A DNA stretch of 64,000 bases from the human T2T-CHM13v2.0 reference genome, Homo sapiens. The stretch lies in assembly GCF_009914755.1 (NCBI RefSeq), contig NC_060933.1, one strand, 5' to 3'. The position numbers and the translations under genes are program-made. Positions 31,561 to 47,850 of the stretch are shown in pieces (positions within the stretch are counted from its first letter, which is position 1; each line of letters begins with the position of its first letter). Below the pieces are notes generated by a model. That model was not told the origin of the DNA, did no database searches, and saw only the letters and a list, made by a program, of their open reading frames with translations.

Positions 31561-32647
31561 AAAATCACAGTGAGTCTGGGAACCTCTTTCGAGGGAGCCC
31601 TCTCTAGTTAATTTCTTTAGAATGTTTGTTAATGTCTCCTACATGCCACACCTGGCCATAGCTGAACTGTGAGCAGCCTCAGATTTAGGGTGACCACAGT
31701 TTAACAGAGGAGCAAAGCACAAGATAGTAAGTTCTTCAGGCCTGAAAGAGAGCAGATATGGTGCTCTGGGAAGACAGTGATTTTAGAATCAGGTGGAGAG
31801 AGCAGAATGTCCAAAAGCTTGGGGGAAACTGTGAGCTTCTAGCTCACTGGGAAGGCAGCAGGCGATGAGACTTGGGAACAAGGCTATGGAGCTTCAGATT
31901 TGACCTAGAGACAGGGGGAGCCATAGGAGGCAGGGAGGGGATGGGGTCAGACTTGTCCAATTATGTCCTATAGAGCCTAGTGCTATGTTGGACATCAAGT
32001 TGCTAAGTGGCCCTGTTTTAGGAATTCCCTTTCAATGATGTGTGGAGAGGAGAGCCTGAGATTGCAGACAGGGGAGTGGATGGGTAGGAAGCCACAGGCA
32101 TATCCTAGGGTAGTCTCAGCACACCAATGCACAATTATGGAAACACGATTATTAGCAGAATTGAGCTCCTTTGTTTTGTGCAGTTATGGGAGCCAGGAGA
32201 CAGCCACTACTCTATAAGAAAGGGAAAAAAGATTGCTCTGTGAAACTGAATTCATCAGCTGAAGAAGCTGCATTTGGTCTAATTCTAACATTTCACTCAG
32301 CTTTCCTTCTCTGGCCCTACTCTTCAAAACCTTCCGGTCCTCCAGAGTAGGCTGTTCCCACCGTCAGCAGCATAGAAGAATGCAGAACAAAGTTCTGCCT
32401 CCCTAAGGCAAGGAGGAAACTCTTGTCAGGCAGGAGAGCACTTGAGGACCTGGGGGAGGAGGGCAGAAGAAGGGCGGACACAGGGATTCTGGCTTCCCTC
32501 CCCGGGGACAGGAAAAACACAGGGCATCTTCCTGGAACATCAATTGTTATCAAAGATTTCAAGAGAAAAAAATTCATAAATCATTTTAATACTAAGATCA
32601 GATGGATATATTATGGAGTAGAATGCAAGTTTTGCATGCTTTTAAAA

Positions 32648-33730
<1,083 letters not shown>

Positions 33731-34699
33731 ACATTGTTAAAAGGAAAAGACATATCTCACCTCTGATGGCTGCTTTGAGTCTCATTCTCAGAGCCTCAGG
33801 GCTTTCAGAGCAGAAAGAGAAAGCATCCCAAGCCTGGGTGCAGCACTTAGTGGGTCTGCAGGAGTCGCTTACCCTTCTCCTCCTGTTCTTTGCAGCTTGC
33901 TTTCACAGCCTTGAGGGCAGGATAGGCCACACATAAGTGTGACATGCAGCAGAATGAAATGCCTTTTATCATCAAGAGTCACAGCCTTAAGCTCAGAGGA
34001 CTGGGAATCTCTCCCACAATCCGGAAGGCAGGACATCCAGAAGGCAGCTTCATGGAGGAGTGAGATCAAGCTGGGCAGTGAAGGCAGAGAGGACTTTTCA
34101 GGTAGGAAGTGGTCTTAGAGGAGAAGAAGGCTGCACCTGAGCAAAGGCCTGTAGGTGGAGAGAAGGAAAAGGGTTTTTCCTTCTTAGTTACACAAGCAGG
34201 TTTGAAGGATTCCAGCGGGCTCTGGACTTACCCCTATCCTCCCTACCCCACCAGCCTAGTTGAGCCTTCCTCTCAGTAAGGGATGCCAGCGTCTTTTGGC
34301 TCCTTCTCCAGCCCTCCAGATCACCCCCTCTTTCTCGAAATGCTTTCCTTGCCTCCTTGACACCTGGCTCTTTCTATTTTTCTCCTCTCCTTAGGCTGTT
34401 TCTCCTTGTCTCCGCCAATTCTTCTTTCAGCTCCTGAAGAGTTTCCAAGGGAGAGGACTTGGCAGCTGTCTGCATATGATGTCCTTGTGCAAACCTGCGA
34501 TTGAGATCCCAGGGAAGGGGCTGTCAGCAGTTGAAGGGGTGACTAGCCCTGTGAATGTACGCTTAAGTTTTGGTGCCTTCTGGATGTCCCCAGGCAGGAA
34601 TCTCTGCCTTCTCACCTCCTTTACCCTAGATAAGGCAGCCTTTCAGCTGAGCTGAATTGATTCAAGCTCTCAAAGTCATCTGATTAAGGGGACAGTACC

Positions 34700-36720
34700 T
34701 GATGGCATCAAGCAAAGGTGTCAGGGGTCTTGTGATGGAGACAGACACGAGTTCGCCCGGCACCCACACAAAAAGAGGAGAGCTGGATTTGGGAAGAGGC
34801 AGTTATAGTCACTGTGAAAGGCAGTGTGGGAGATGCACCTCATTGCTACGGGAACTCAGAGGAGGAAGACATCAATCCAGCTTTGAGGTGAGGCTTCAAG
34901 TAGACTTGACAACCTAGCTGGGGAGATGAGCTGTATGAATCCACACATGGAAACTAACCAAAGGCATATGTTCTCAGAGGCATCAGAGTTACAAATAAGT
35001 TCTTTGAGTATCGGAAGAAGAAGGCATTTTTATCCTACTTGGGAATGAAGGTGGCACCACAATTTCCTGGATGGAGTGAATTTGATCCATGCCTTGGCAG
35101 GATGGAAGCAGAGACGAGGTGGAAATAGAATGACTAGGGAAGAGAGTGAGTGGAATCCCAGGGCAGAAATGCATGCAGTATGTCCAGTGAGCAGTAGATG
35201 ATCCAGGGTGGTTGGAGCCTTTTGGTGATGGGGAGCCATAGAAAGTTCTTGAGGAGTAGGGTGATGGGCTTGGAGGTGTGCAGTGATTGGCGAGTTGCTT
35301 CTCATAGCAGTGTTGGGACTGCCATTAGCTGAAAGTATTAGGTTTGGGAAAGGTGAAATCCAATCTGCATGGACTCATCAGCAATGATTTCTGGGCTAGT
35401 GAAGGGGGAGGAAGTCTAACCCTTTGGAAAGCACTTGCTTGAGGCACTGATGCACAGCTCCTGCATAGCGGATCCTCAGTCTTTCTAAAGATGCCGTTTT
35501 AACCTAGTTTCCTGGAACTCGTACAACTGAATACAGTATTTGATGTTTACAAAATTGAATTGGAAAATCTCAAACAAGGCAGAAAAAGCTATTATTTCAA
35601 GCTTTCTGTTGGCTCTGTTTTAGCTTGTGTGTCTAGTGGCTGGAGAGGCTGGGAAAAGACCGTGGTGGAGGAGCTAGGTGGCTGGAGGCAGGGAAGACAA
35701 AGGATTCAGTTCTGGACGTGTTGAGGCTGAGATTCATGGTGGCTTGCAAGTGGAGATATCCAGCAGACTGTCGTGCTTATAAATTTGAAGCTTCGGATAG
35801 TGGTTTAGGAGTATATTAGCCAGCATTCTTCTAGTTATGAGTCATAATCCTAACTTTAACTGTCTCAAGTCAGAAAAGCAATTTATTGGCTCTTGTTAGT
35901 GGAAAGTCCAGGGGTTGGTTGGTTCTGATGTTAGGCATGGCTGGACCTAGGGGTTCAGTGATGTTTAATGATGTCAGTTATAGCCTGTCTGTCCATCTCT
36001 CTGTCTCTCCGCATCTCAGTTCTGCTGGGCTGTATTTGGCTTCATTCTGCATGTAGGTTCTCTCCACCAGATAAGGCTTAGTGTCTCCAGGGGAAAGAGG
36101 CTAATTTCTGCCAGCAGCAGAGTTCTGGGGGAACTCTGATTGGCCTGGATCAAGAATGAATAAGAGTGCCCCAGTCCTAAAGTTAGAGGACAGGGCCATT
36201 GTGATTGGCAGTTCCCCTGTGACCATGTGGAATTGAGAATGAGCAATTCCCCAAAGCAGAAGTGAGGTGTCATTCCTAGGAATGTATGCTGGATCAAGAA
36301 ACAGTACAGCATCCACAGGCTGTGTCAGGGTGTCTTCACTACACAAGTGAGGATTCTGCAGCACAAATAGATGAGATCATCTAGGGAGACTGTATATAGA
36401 TAAGAGAGAGAAGGGCTAGAGCTTAATCTGCCAGAGTTCAGGGAGGAGACTGGCCAGGAAGAGGCTTCCAGGAGCTGGGAGAGTCTGGAAGGGTCCAGGG
36501 TGATCCAAGCCTCAGGAGGAGATAATGAGGAAGTAATCCTCTTCAGAGAGCTCCAGTGATATGGTAATGGAAAAGTAATTTTACAACCGAGTGACTGGAG
36601 AGCTTGGAAAAAGCTGGGGACAAGGGGGTGATGGGATGGAAGCCAGCTTGGAGGGGCTATGAAAGGAACAGGGAGTGCTGGAGCCAGAGAGGTTGCTGAG
36701 TTTTTGTTTTTGATTTAATG
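34700..36720 (-). mobile_element. L2 fragments with an MLT1J/K-like LTR inserted at ~35812-36340
   Basis: TTCAGTTCTGGACGTGTTGAG...AAGTGGAGATATCCAG; resumes at GATGAGATCATCTAGGGAGA. Confidence 0.6.
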
Positions 36721-36954
36721 AGGAGACACCTGATGTGTTAATGCTCAAGGGAGAGGATGAAGTTTGGGGAGAGGGAGGGGATTCTGGAGTAGATGGCAGG
36801 GCTGGAGTTAAGGACAGAGGCAGCAGGATTACCTTTGTCTCCACAAGACCCTGCTGTATACAGCTGCATGACATGCACAGCAGAGTCCATCTTGTTCACT
36901 TAATATTATATGCATTTCCCATTTGCAATGTAGTATTCATACTTATCTTTTAAA

Positions 36955-38330
36955 GTTAGTTTTTAAATGACAAAAGCAACACATGCATATGGTAAAACAA
37001 AATGCAAACAGTTCAGAAGGAATAAAAGATGAAAATGAAAGTCTTCTCCATCCTCCCTCAGCCTGCCTTCCTGTAGGGAAACTGCTTTTCATTAGTTTCT
37101 TGGGAATTCTTCCCAAAATTTTTAATGCATATACAAGCATATATGTGCATATATTTTAAAATAGACAAGTGGGATCCTACTGTGCATACTGTTCTGCACC
37201 TTGCTTTTTCACTCAATGCTGTATCTTGGAGATACTTCCTTATTAGCATATAGAGAGAGCTCACTCCCTTTCAAGAGCGGGATGCTGTTCTGTTGTGGGG
37301 ATGGAGTAGGGCTTGTTCGACAGTTCTCTACTATGTGGACTTTCTATTGTTTCTAATCTATTGCCATTAAAAAGAATACTGCAATATACCTTTTAACATA
37401 CTTATTTTTGTGCACAGGTGGAACTATTTTTGTACATAAAATTCTTAGGAATGGAATTATCGGAGTTAAAGAATATATACATTTAGAAGTGTGATAGGCA
37501 ATGCAAAACTGCTCTTCAAAGAAGTCACATACATGTGAATATTTTGGAGCTTAAGTAGGAGATACACAGGTGTTTGTTATATTACTGCCCATATTTTTTG
37601 TATGCTTGGATAGTTTACCCACATATGCACAAGAAGTCACAATATTTACACTCCCACAAACAGTAAATAAACATGCCCTCATTTTCCCAAAAGGACATTA
37701 ATGAGATTTTAAATCTTTGTCCATTTGAAGGGTGGAAAATGGTATATCCCTATCACTTTAATTGCATTTATTTAATCATGAGGGTGGCTGATCATTTTTT
37801 CAGTAAATTGCTTTTGCATTTCCATTAAGTCATACTTTAATGCCTACAGACAGTTTCATTTTATACATGTGCCTTAATTTACTTAACTCTCTTCTTGTGG
37901 GTTATTTATATGGTTTCTGAACAACTGTGAATATCTTTGTACGTGAAGTTTTTTCTCTTCTCTTTTTTGAGTTTTTTCTTCAGTGTACCATTCCAGAAGA
38001 TGAATTGCTGGGTCAACAGTGTGAACATTTTTATGACTCAATATATATTGTCAAACTGCTTTCTCAAAGGGCAGTACAATACACAGTACCCCCAATTTTA
38101 TTATTCTCTTCTCAGGATTAGGTATTGTAAATACAAATTAATTATTTTCTAATTTTATAGGTAAAAATGAGGGCTTAATTTCATTTGTATTTTTCTTATT
38201 CCCAGTGAGGTTGAATATTTTAATATGTTTGTTTATTAATTGCATTTCACCTCTCTGAACTGTCTTCCTTTCTGCTCATTTACTGATAGCACATTCTTAT
38301 ACAAAGGAAATAAGATGATATCTTATCAGG
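36955..38330 (-). mobile_element. L1ME4-like fragments
   Basis: ATACTGTTCTGCACCTTGCTTTTTCACTCAA...TCTTGGAGAT. Confidence 0.75.
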
Positions 38331-38902
38331 GAAACCTCTTTCCTCAGGCCCTGTGACATTCTGGGAAATTATTGACTGATATCAGATTATCAAAGTCAAT
38401 CTTTTACATGAGAAAACTGGGGAGGGAGTGATTGAAAAGACTTAGGCGATACAGAGTGAAGACAGATGGGAGAACTGAATGAGTTAGACTCTAGGTAATG
38501 ATGTGGGTTGCAGATATGAGGGAGGTGGGAAAGAATTTATGAGTCAGGATGGAAATTCCTGGGTAGCATAGAGAACATGGAGGGCTCAGGGTTCTCCACC
38601 TCTCAGCTTCCAAATGGAGCCCTCTGGGTGACCCGGACAGCAGTGGCTGGGTTTCAGAATGCCGACCTGGATGTTATCATTTCTGCCATGTGCTGCAGAC
38701 TTGAAAACAGATTGGACCGAGGAAGGATTTTGCTTAAGCTTTGGGTGAGCAGTTACTGAGCACCGTCCCCTTCTTTATCCAGACAGCCATTTAGTTTCAC
38801 CATTGTTAAACAATCTCTGTTATTTAATTTGATATCTAGATTCATTGGTATTATACTTTCTATTTCTTTTATTACTAATTTTCATAGATTTCTTTGATCA
38901 CT

Positions 38903-39046
38903 TCATATATATATGTATACACATATGTATATATATACACACGTGTATATATATATACATGTGTAGTATCGATTCCTACTATTTTATTACTGTTCATACC
39001 TTCATTTCTGTGTGTGTGTGTGTGTGTGTGTCTGTGTGTGTGTATA
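38903..39046. repeat. (TA/CA)n and (TG)n microsatellites
   Basis: Direct reading. Confidence 0.9.
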
Positions 39047-39139
39047 TTCACCTCTTTTGGGGGGAATTGACTGTTCATATTCATTTTTCTTTCTTTTGGA
39101 TATTATTTTATTCATTTTCAAGTAATCTTTATATATTAA

Positions 39140-41272
<2,133 letters not shown>

Positions 41273-41358
41273 ACATAGAGCTTAAGTGTAAGTTTCATGA
41301 ATTCTGACAAATGCATATACCTGTGTAACCCACATTTCTATCAAAATATATAATGCTT

Positions 41359-41494
41359 ATCGATGGGTGGGATAATCCTTACCTGTTCCTCGTTTTGGAG
41401 GGCAGATAGAACATGATGATTGGAGATGCATGAAATGTGATTAATGCCTCTGCCTAATCAGGACTTGCAACACCCTGAGTACTCCTCTCTGATT
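41359..41494 (+). pseudogene. U8 snoRNA (SNORD118-like) processed pseudogene with 3' trailer
   Basis: GGTGGGATAATCCTTACCTGTTCCTC...GAACATGATGATTGGAGATGCATGAAA...TAATCAGGACTTGCAACACCCTGA; box C 41413-41419, box D 41489-41492; A-rich tail. Confidence 0.92.
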
Positions 41495-42303
41495 CTTCAG
41501 GACAATCACTACTTTGAAAGAAAAAAATGAACATATATATAAATATTTCTATTACCCTAGAAAGTTTCTCTGTGCTCTCTTCCAGTCCAATCCTCACCCT
41601 CCCACTGCTCTGCCAGAGGCAACCACTGCTCTGATTTCTATCACCATAGATCAGTCTTGCTTGTTCTAGAATTTCATGCAGGTGGAATTGTAAAGCATGG
41701 CCTTTTCTGTGTCTGGCTTCTTCCACTCAGCATGATGTGTTTGAGATTTACCCATGTTGTCACAGTTGATGTGCTCTTCCTTTTTATTGCTTAGTGATAT
41801 TCCATTGTATGAACATAGCACAGTTTGTTTATTCATTCTCTGGTGGGCCAACGTTTGGGTTGTCTCTAGTATTTAGCTATTATAAATAATGCTCCAATGA
41901 ACACTTTCGTACAAGACTTTTTGTGGACATATTTTTTTGGCTAAATATCTAAGAATGGTTTGCTGGATTATATGGCAAGTGTACATTTAACTTTTTTTAG
42001 AAGCTGCCATACTGTTTCCTAAAGTGATTGTACCATTTAACACTCGCCCCAGCAGTGTATGAGGTTCTAGTTTCTCCATATCTTGCCAACATATGGTGCT
42101 ATAAGTTTTTTAAATCTTAATCATTCTAGTGGTCTGTAGTGGCATCTCATTGCAATAATGATTTTCATTTCCTTGATGACTTAGGATGTCAAACTCTTTT
42201 TCATGTGGTACATTTGACATAGAGACTTTAAGTTTTATGTAGTTGAATTCATTAACCTTTTCTGTTATGAATTTTATTGACTTTATACTGAGAAATCCTT
42301 CTT

Positions 42304-42395
42304 TTTTTGGTAGAGATGGGGTCTTTCTATGTTGCCCAGGCTGGTCTCAAGAGATCCTTCTACCTCGGCCTCCCAAAGTGCTGGGATTACGGGCA
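42304..42395 (-). mobile_element. FLAM_C/Alu left-monomer insertion
   Basis: Perfect 14-bp TSD GAGAAATCCTTCTT 42290-42303/42396-42409. Confidence 0.88.
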
Positions 42396-42802
42396 GAGAA
42401 ATCCTTCTTAATACCCAAAGCTAGTAAATATTTTTACTTTTATTTGCTTCTAGCCCTTTATTGGTTAAACTCTTAAACATTACACTCTTTAATCTACCTG
42501 TATTTTGTTTTAAATTGTAAGAAAACTATTTGTCCTCAGGAACTTAACCAACTAGACTGTATATTGAATAATAACTTCTTCCTTTCTTCACCTATTTGAT
42601 CTACCACATTTATCTTAAACCAACTTTTAACCTATCATTGGGTCTATTTCTATGATCCTGTTAGTGTTGATTTTTCCACCAATAGTACAGTTTCAATTAT
42701 TAGGATTTTAGAGTTTATCAGGTAAGCAAGTCTACCTTCATTACTCTTTATTTCTTCAAAAATTTCTTTGCAATTTCAGCTCATTTACTTGTCTCCTCTA
42801 AC

Positions 42803-43272
42803 TGTGGAGGGCTAAATAATGACCCCTCAAAGATGTCCAGGTCCTCATCTCTGGAACCTGTGAATATGTTACTTTACATGGCAAAAGGGACTTTGCAGAT
42901 GTGATTAAGATTCTTAAGAATTCTGAGATGGGAAGATTATCTTAAATTATCTGGGAGGGGCCCTATGTAATCACAAGGGTTCTTGTAAGAGGGAGGCAGG
43001 GGTGTTAGAGAGAGGAAACCATAGAAACAGGGATTGGAGTCCTGAGGCCACAAGCCAAGGAGGACAAGCACCTTCTAAAAGCCAGAACAACAGGGAGCAG
43101 ATTACCCATTGGAGCCTCCAGAAGGCACCAGTCCTGCCAACGCTTTGCTTTTAGCTCCTTAAGACTCATCTTGAACTTCTCATCCCCCACAACTATAGGA
43201 AAATAAATTTGTGTTGTTTTAAGCCACTAAATTTGCAGTAATTTTTTATAGCAGCAGTAGGAAGTTAATATA
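42803..43272 (+). mobile_element. MLT1C/D solo LTR
   Basis: TGTGGAGGGCTAAATAATG...AATAAATTTGTGTTGTTTTAAGCCACT; TSD CTAAC/CTACC. Confidence 0.9.
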
Positions 43273-43459
43273 CTACCTTAAAAATTATTTTTAAAAATGA
43301 TGTTCTAAGTGTTTTTCCATTATCATGTTGACTAGAACTGTATTGAGCAGAAAATTTAATTTGCGAAGAATTCACATTTTTATACTATTCAGTCTTGCTA
43401 CTGAGATTTCTCCAGAAAAGCATCTCCATGTCCCTCTACTTCTGCTCATCGCCTGCTAT

Positions 43460-43900
43460 CGCTGTTGGGTTTCTCGGAGTAGTCTTCAGGTAAAGGTTTG
43501 AGTGCAAGTAGTCTATTTAGAAGGTGATTCCAGGAAACACATGTAGGAGAGTGAGAAAGTAAAGCAGGGAAGGGAGGCTGCCAATAAAGGGAGTGTTATC
43601 AGCAAGTGACCATCGTGGGTGACTGGCATTTCCTCTCACTGGGGAACTCTGGGAACCCACATAGATCATGCAGCTCAGGGCTATCCAAGTTTTCCATAGG
43701 GCACAAAGGCTTCACCTGAGTATTGGGAATGGAGGAGCATCCGGGTGCAGACCACACCATCATTCCTAGTGAGATCATCACAGCAGCCTGTCTCTGCAAT
43801 CACTGGCTCTGTGGGCAACTTACTTCCCTGCCCCGAGTCCCAGCATCCTGGCATTTCTTGCCTCCTCTAAAGGAAGTGACATTACAAAAAGGAAGAAAAC
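43460..43900 (-). mobile_element. ERVL LTR33-like
   Basis: TTTGAGTGCAAGTAGTCTATTT...GGTGATTCCAGGAAACAC...CCAATAAAGGG. Confidence 0.7.
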
Positions 43901-43975
43901 TCTAACTTTGCACAGGATGTTGCAGCCAGAACAGCTTCCCAGAGGAGGTGAGCTGCTGCTAAGTGGCTGAACAGG

Positions 43976-44397
43976 TGTAGCAGCTGATCTTTCATCCCCA
44001 GCATCATCATGGATACCTGATTTCCAAGTACAGCATCTGCATCTCTCTGCCCAAGGACTTATCCTGCCTGCCAGAGTCTATGGCAGGTCACAAGCATTGG
44101 ATAATTTGTCCTCCCTGCAGTCTCCTGCCAATGACTGGCTGAGGTTGGTGTGCACATACCCCAGCTCCTTGCTCCTGGAAGGTGGGAGGTGGAGCACTCA
44201 GAGGCATGAGTTTGGCACCAGCTCCTAGAGTTCCCCAGTGGGTTAAAGCTTTACAGTCTACCTTTTGCTGGCTGACTCACTTCCCTGCTCCACATCCCAC
44301 TCTCCAATAGGAGTTTTCTGGGGTCATCTCCCAAATAAATGCTTACACCTGAATCCTTGTCTCATAGTCAGCATTTGGGGTAACCCAAACCAAGATA
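43976..44397 (+). mobile_element. ERVL LTR16-like
   Basis: CCAATGACTGG...CTCCCAAATAAA...GGGTAACCCAAACCAAGA. Confidence 0.75.
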
Positions 44398-45691
44398 GTA
44401 GGCAATGGACCAAAATGGCCAGGGGTGAGGTGGAGGCACACCAGATCTGGGGATCAAAGGCAGGCACCACTGGGCTGAGAGAGGGAGATTTTGAGTCTGT
44501 GGTGTGAGCTGAGGGGGTTTTGGCCCCTTCCTTTGTACTTTGATTTTATGGCTCCTCTAGCCATTCCTTCTGTTTGGCTGGCTGGTCACCATGGCTATTT
44601 GGGGTCTGACCCTGAGACTGGGGTCCTAGTAGTGGTTCTGGCCCCTGGGCCAGCCCCTTTGAACACCCAGGAGGAGTGAGAATGTCTAGAAAGTGGTTTG
44701 TTTGGTTTTACTGAGGCAGCAGGATCTGCAGGCCACCTGGACTTCATTTTGGTAGAAGACCTGAGAACAAATACTTCTCCATTTGGGAGAATTTAATGCG
44801 TTTCTGAGAGGGGAGAAACATCAGCAGAGATTGAGCTAGTGCTCCAAGGAGGACATTCGGCTTGTACCCTCCCTGGTAACCATGGGGATGGAGGGACTGG
44901 GAGCCGGGCAGGATCCATATCCCATAAAAATGTTGCAAGATGAAGGGCCTGCAGATACCCTCCGACAGCATGTAATTGATGGGGTAATCAGAACTCCTCC
45001 TGGAGGGCTGTGAGGGAAGAGGAGCTGTGATTCAGAGCCTTGGGGGCTTGGATGTTTAATGAGGCACTGGGAGCCCATAAAGATTTAGATGAGAATGATT
45101 TGTCCATTTAGGATGCCAAATCTACCTTAGCACCGCCCCTGGAAGGTGCCGCTGCTTCTCTGACTTCTCTTGGAACTCTGGGTGCTGAAATCAACTGACC
45201 TAACATTTGAGGGGCACCATGTAAGGGCGCAGCCAACGCATCTGGAGGCTGAAAACTGCCAGCTGGCTGCCACGAGGGAACTGAAGCTGAGAGAGAGTAA
45301 GAATCTCAAGCCAGAAAGGCCCTTATAGAGGGGTAGCTGAAGTCCAGGGAGGTCAAGTAACTTGTTCAAAGTCACACAGTGCACCAGGGACCATTAGCAC
45401 CAGTGATAAGTTTAGTTGGAAGAAAAAAGGAACTGCTAAAGTCTAGGCAGGGACAAGAGTGGGCATGTTTCCTTCTTAGAATGCAGAGGGTAATCTACAG
45501 GGCACTAAAGACAAAAATAATAGCTTTTGGTGTTTTAAAATTTGAACATTTAAACTGCTTCCCTAAATGCAAAATACATATTATGACACTTTGAGAATCT
45601 TTAATGCTTTACTCAGCAATTAAGAAGGAGCCTATTAATATTTTTAATATTTGGCAACTGACTCATGAAATGGATTAAAGATGGCATCCAA

Positions 45692-46005
45692 GACCAAGCA
45701 CGGTGGCTCATGCCTGTAATTCCAGCACTTTGGGAGGCTGAGGCGGGCAGATCACTTGATCCCAGTTCAAGACCAGCCTGGGCAACATGGCAAAACCCAG
45801 TCTCTACAAAAAAAAATGCAAAAATTAACCAGGTGTAGTGGTGTGCACCAGTAGTTCCAACTGTTTGGCAGGCTGAGGTGGGACAATCATTCGAGCCTTG
45901 GGAGGTTGAGGCTGCAGTGAGCAGTGATCACATCATTACACTCCAGCCTCGGTGACAGACTGAGACCCTCTCTCAAAAAAACAAAAAAACAAACAAACAA
46001 AAAAA
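45692..46005 (+). mobile_element. AluJ
   Basis: GAGGCTGCAGTGAGC right arm, (AAAC)n tail. Confidence 0.92.
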
Positions 46006-46144
46006 CAGGGATCCACATGTCTAAAACATTTCCAGTGTCTGGAAACACAAGGGCCTGAAATAAGATAGTGGTAGTTTGCTGCACTAAGGGATGAATGAGG
46101 CTGGCCCTCTCAGAGGGTCCTACCTGGCCTTGGGCAGGGAATCT

Positions 46145-46560
46145 TAATTTTTTTTTTTTTTACTTTTTTGATTCTAAAAGCAATGTATGTTACTGTAGGA
46201 AATTGGGAAAAAGAGACAATATGTAAAACAATAAAAAAATTACTCATTAACTTCCTCCAACCTCCCCCAAATAACTATTCTTAACACTTTTTTGTATATA
46301 CGTATTTTTAAAAATTGGTGTCAGCCTTATTTTGCCTTGACTCTAAGTCACCAGTTAATAGCCTCCAAAGAGATAAATTTTGGTAGTTGATTTATATTCC
46401 ATTGAAAGGTTTTGGCATAATTTATTAGACTGTTTCTAGGTCATTTCCAATTTTTCAATATTATAAATAACATGATGTTAAACGTTCTGGTGCATAAATC
46501 TTGGGTGGCACCTCTGATGGTGCACTCGTGTTCCGTTCCCAGCAGTGGTGGGGTCAGAGG
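46145..46560 (-). mobile_element. L1ME fragment
   Basis: TTTCCAATTTTTCAATATTATAAATAACA. Confidence 0.55.
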
Positions 46561-46775
46561 CTCTGCACCCTTTCTGCCCTTCTAGTACCAGGAGCCCAGG
46601 GGCTGTAACTCTAGCAGCACCCAGACCAGCTCTGCTCTTCGCCCCACAGCCTCAGCATCCTGGAGTATGACCTTACAGGGTGGGGGAGAAAGCCTGAATC
46701 TGCCTTTCTGTGCCACGGTTTCCCCTTCTATAAAAGGAGGAGCATAAACGAGTTCATTGGATTTCAATTTTATTT

Positions 46776-47080
<305 letters not shown>

Positions 47081-47649
47081 CAGTTTTATTTTTTTAAAAC
47101 TCTTTTACTTCAAAGGAAAATCTTCCATATAATAGAAGCTCATTATATAAAACAGAAGTGAGAGGGAGGTCCTTTGACTGGGGCTAGAACTCTGCCCAGT
47201 AGTTCTTTTTTATCCTGCCAAAATTATCAAAGGTCCTCTGTGTGCCTGGCTCTGCGCTAGGTGCTGAGAATAGAATATGAGCCAAAATATTTGGCACTTC
47301 CCTAAGCCCAGGCCTCTTAGACCCTTTGCTTCTGGGGTGTTGGAGTGTTTCAGGGCATTGCTGACTGACTACACTAAGATGGACGCCATTTGGCACTGAC
47401 TTTGTTTTTAACGATAATCATTTTGTATATACTCTATAGGGTGGCCCTGTGTTAATTGAATTGCCCCATGCTTTGTTCCCTTCTAGGGATAGCCCTGTCT
47501 GATTCCACCGTGTGGCCTCTGAGCCCTGAGGTAGCTCCTAGAAGTTCAAAGACCTTGCAGGCCCTGTCTGAAACCTGTAGCCTCTGTCCATTCCAGTGAC
47601 CCTGCAGCTCTGATACCACTGTTTGTACAACTCATGCTGTGATTACGGC

Positions 47650-47850
47650 TATCAGCTGCTGTGGTCTGCTGACCTCTGCTTACAGGCTGGCACCATGCTC
47701 AGAGCTCTGTGTGCATTATCCCACTCAGTCCTTATGGCTATTCGAGGCTCCTCTCAATATCCCCATTTTACAGGTGAGGAAAATGGGGCTAAGGGTGCTG
47801 AGCATCTTACTTCAAATTCAGTCCTCCTGAGCCTGTGCTCCTGCTCACTA
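47650..47850 (-). mobile_element. MIR
   Basis: ATCCCCATTTTACAGGTGAGGAAAATGGGGCT. Confidence 0.8.

Larger units (their letters stand above)
41273..42790 (-). mobile_element. L1MC/ME 3' region
   Basis: GAGGCAACCACTGCTCTGATTTCTATCACCATAGAT...TGTGTCTGGCTTCTTCCACTCAGCATGATG. Confidence 0.85.

Noticed and set aside
38371-38400. 30-bp imperfect hairpin ATTGACT...AGTCAAT
   Set aside because: Short and AT-rich; expected by chance.
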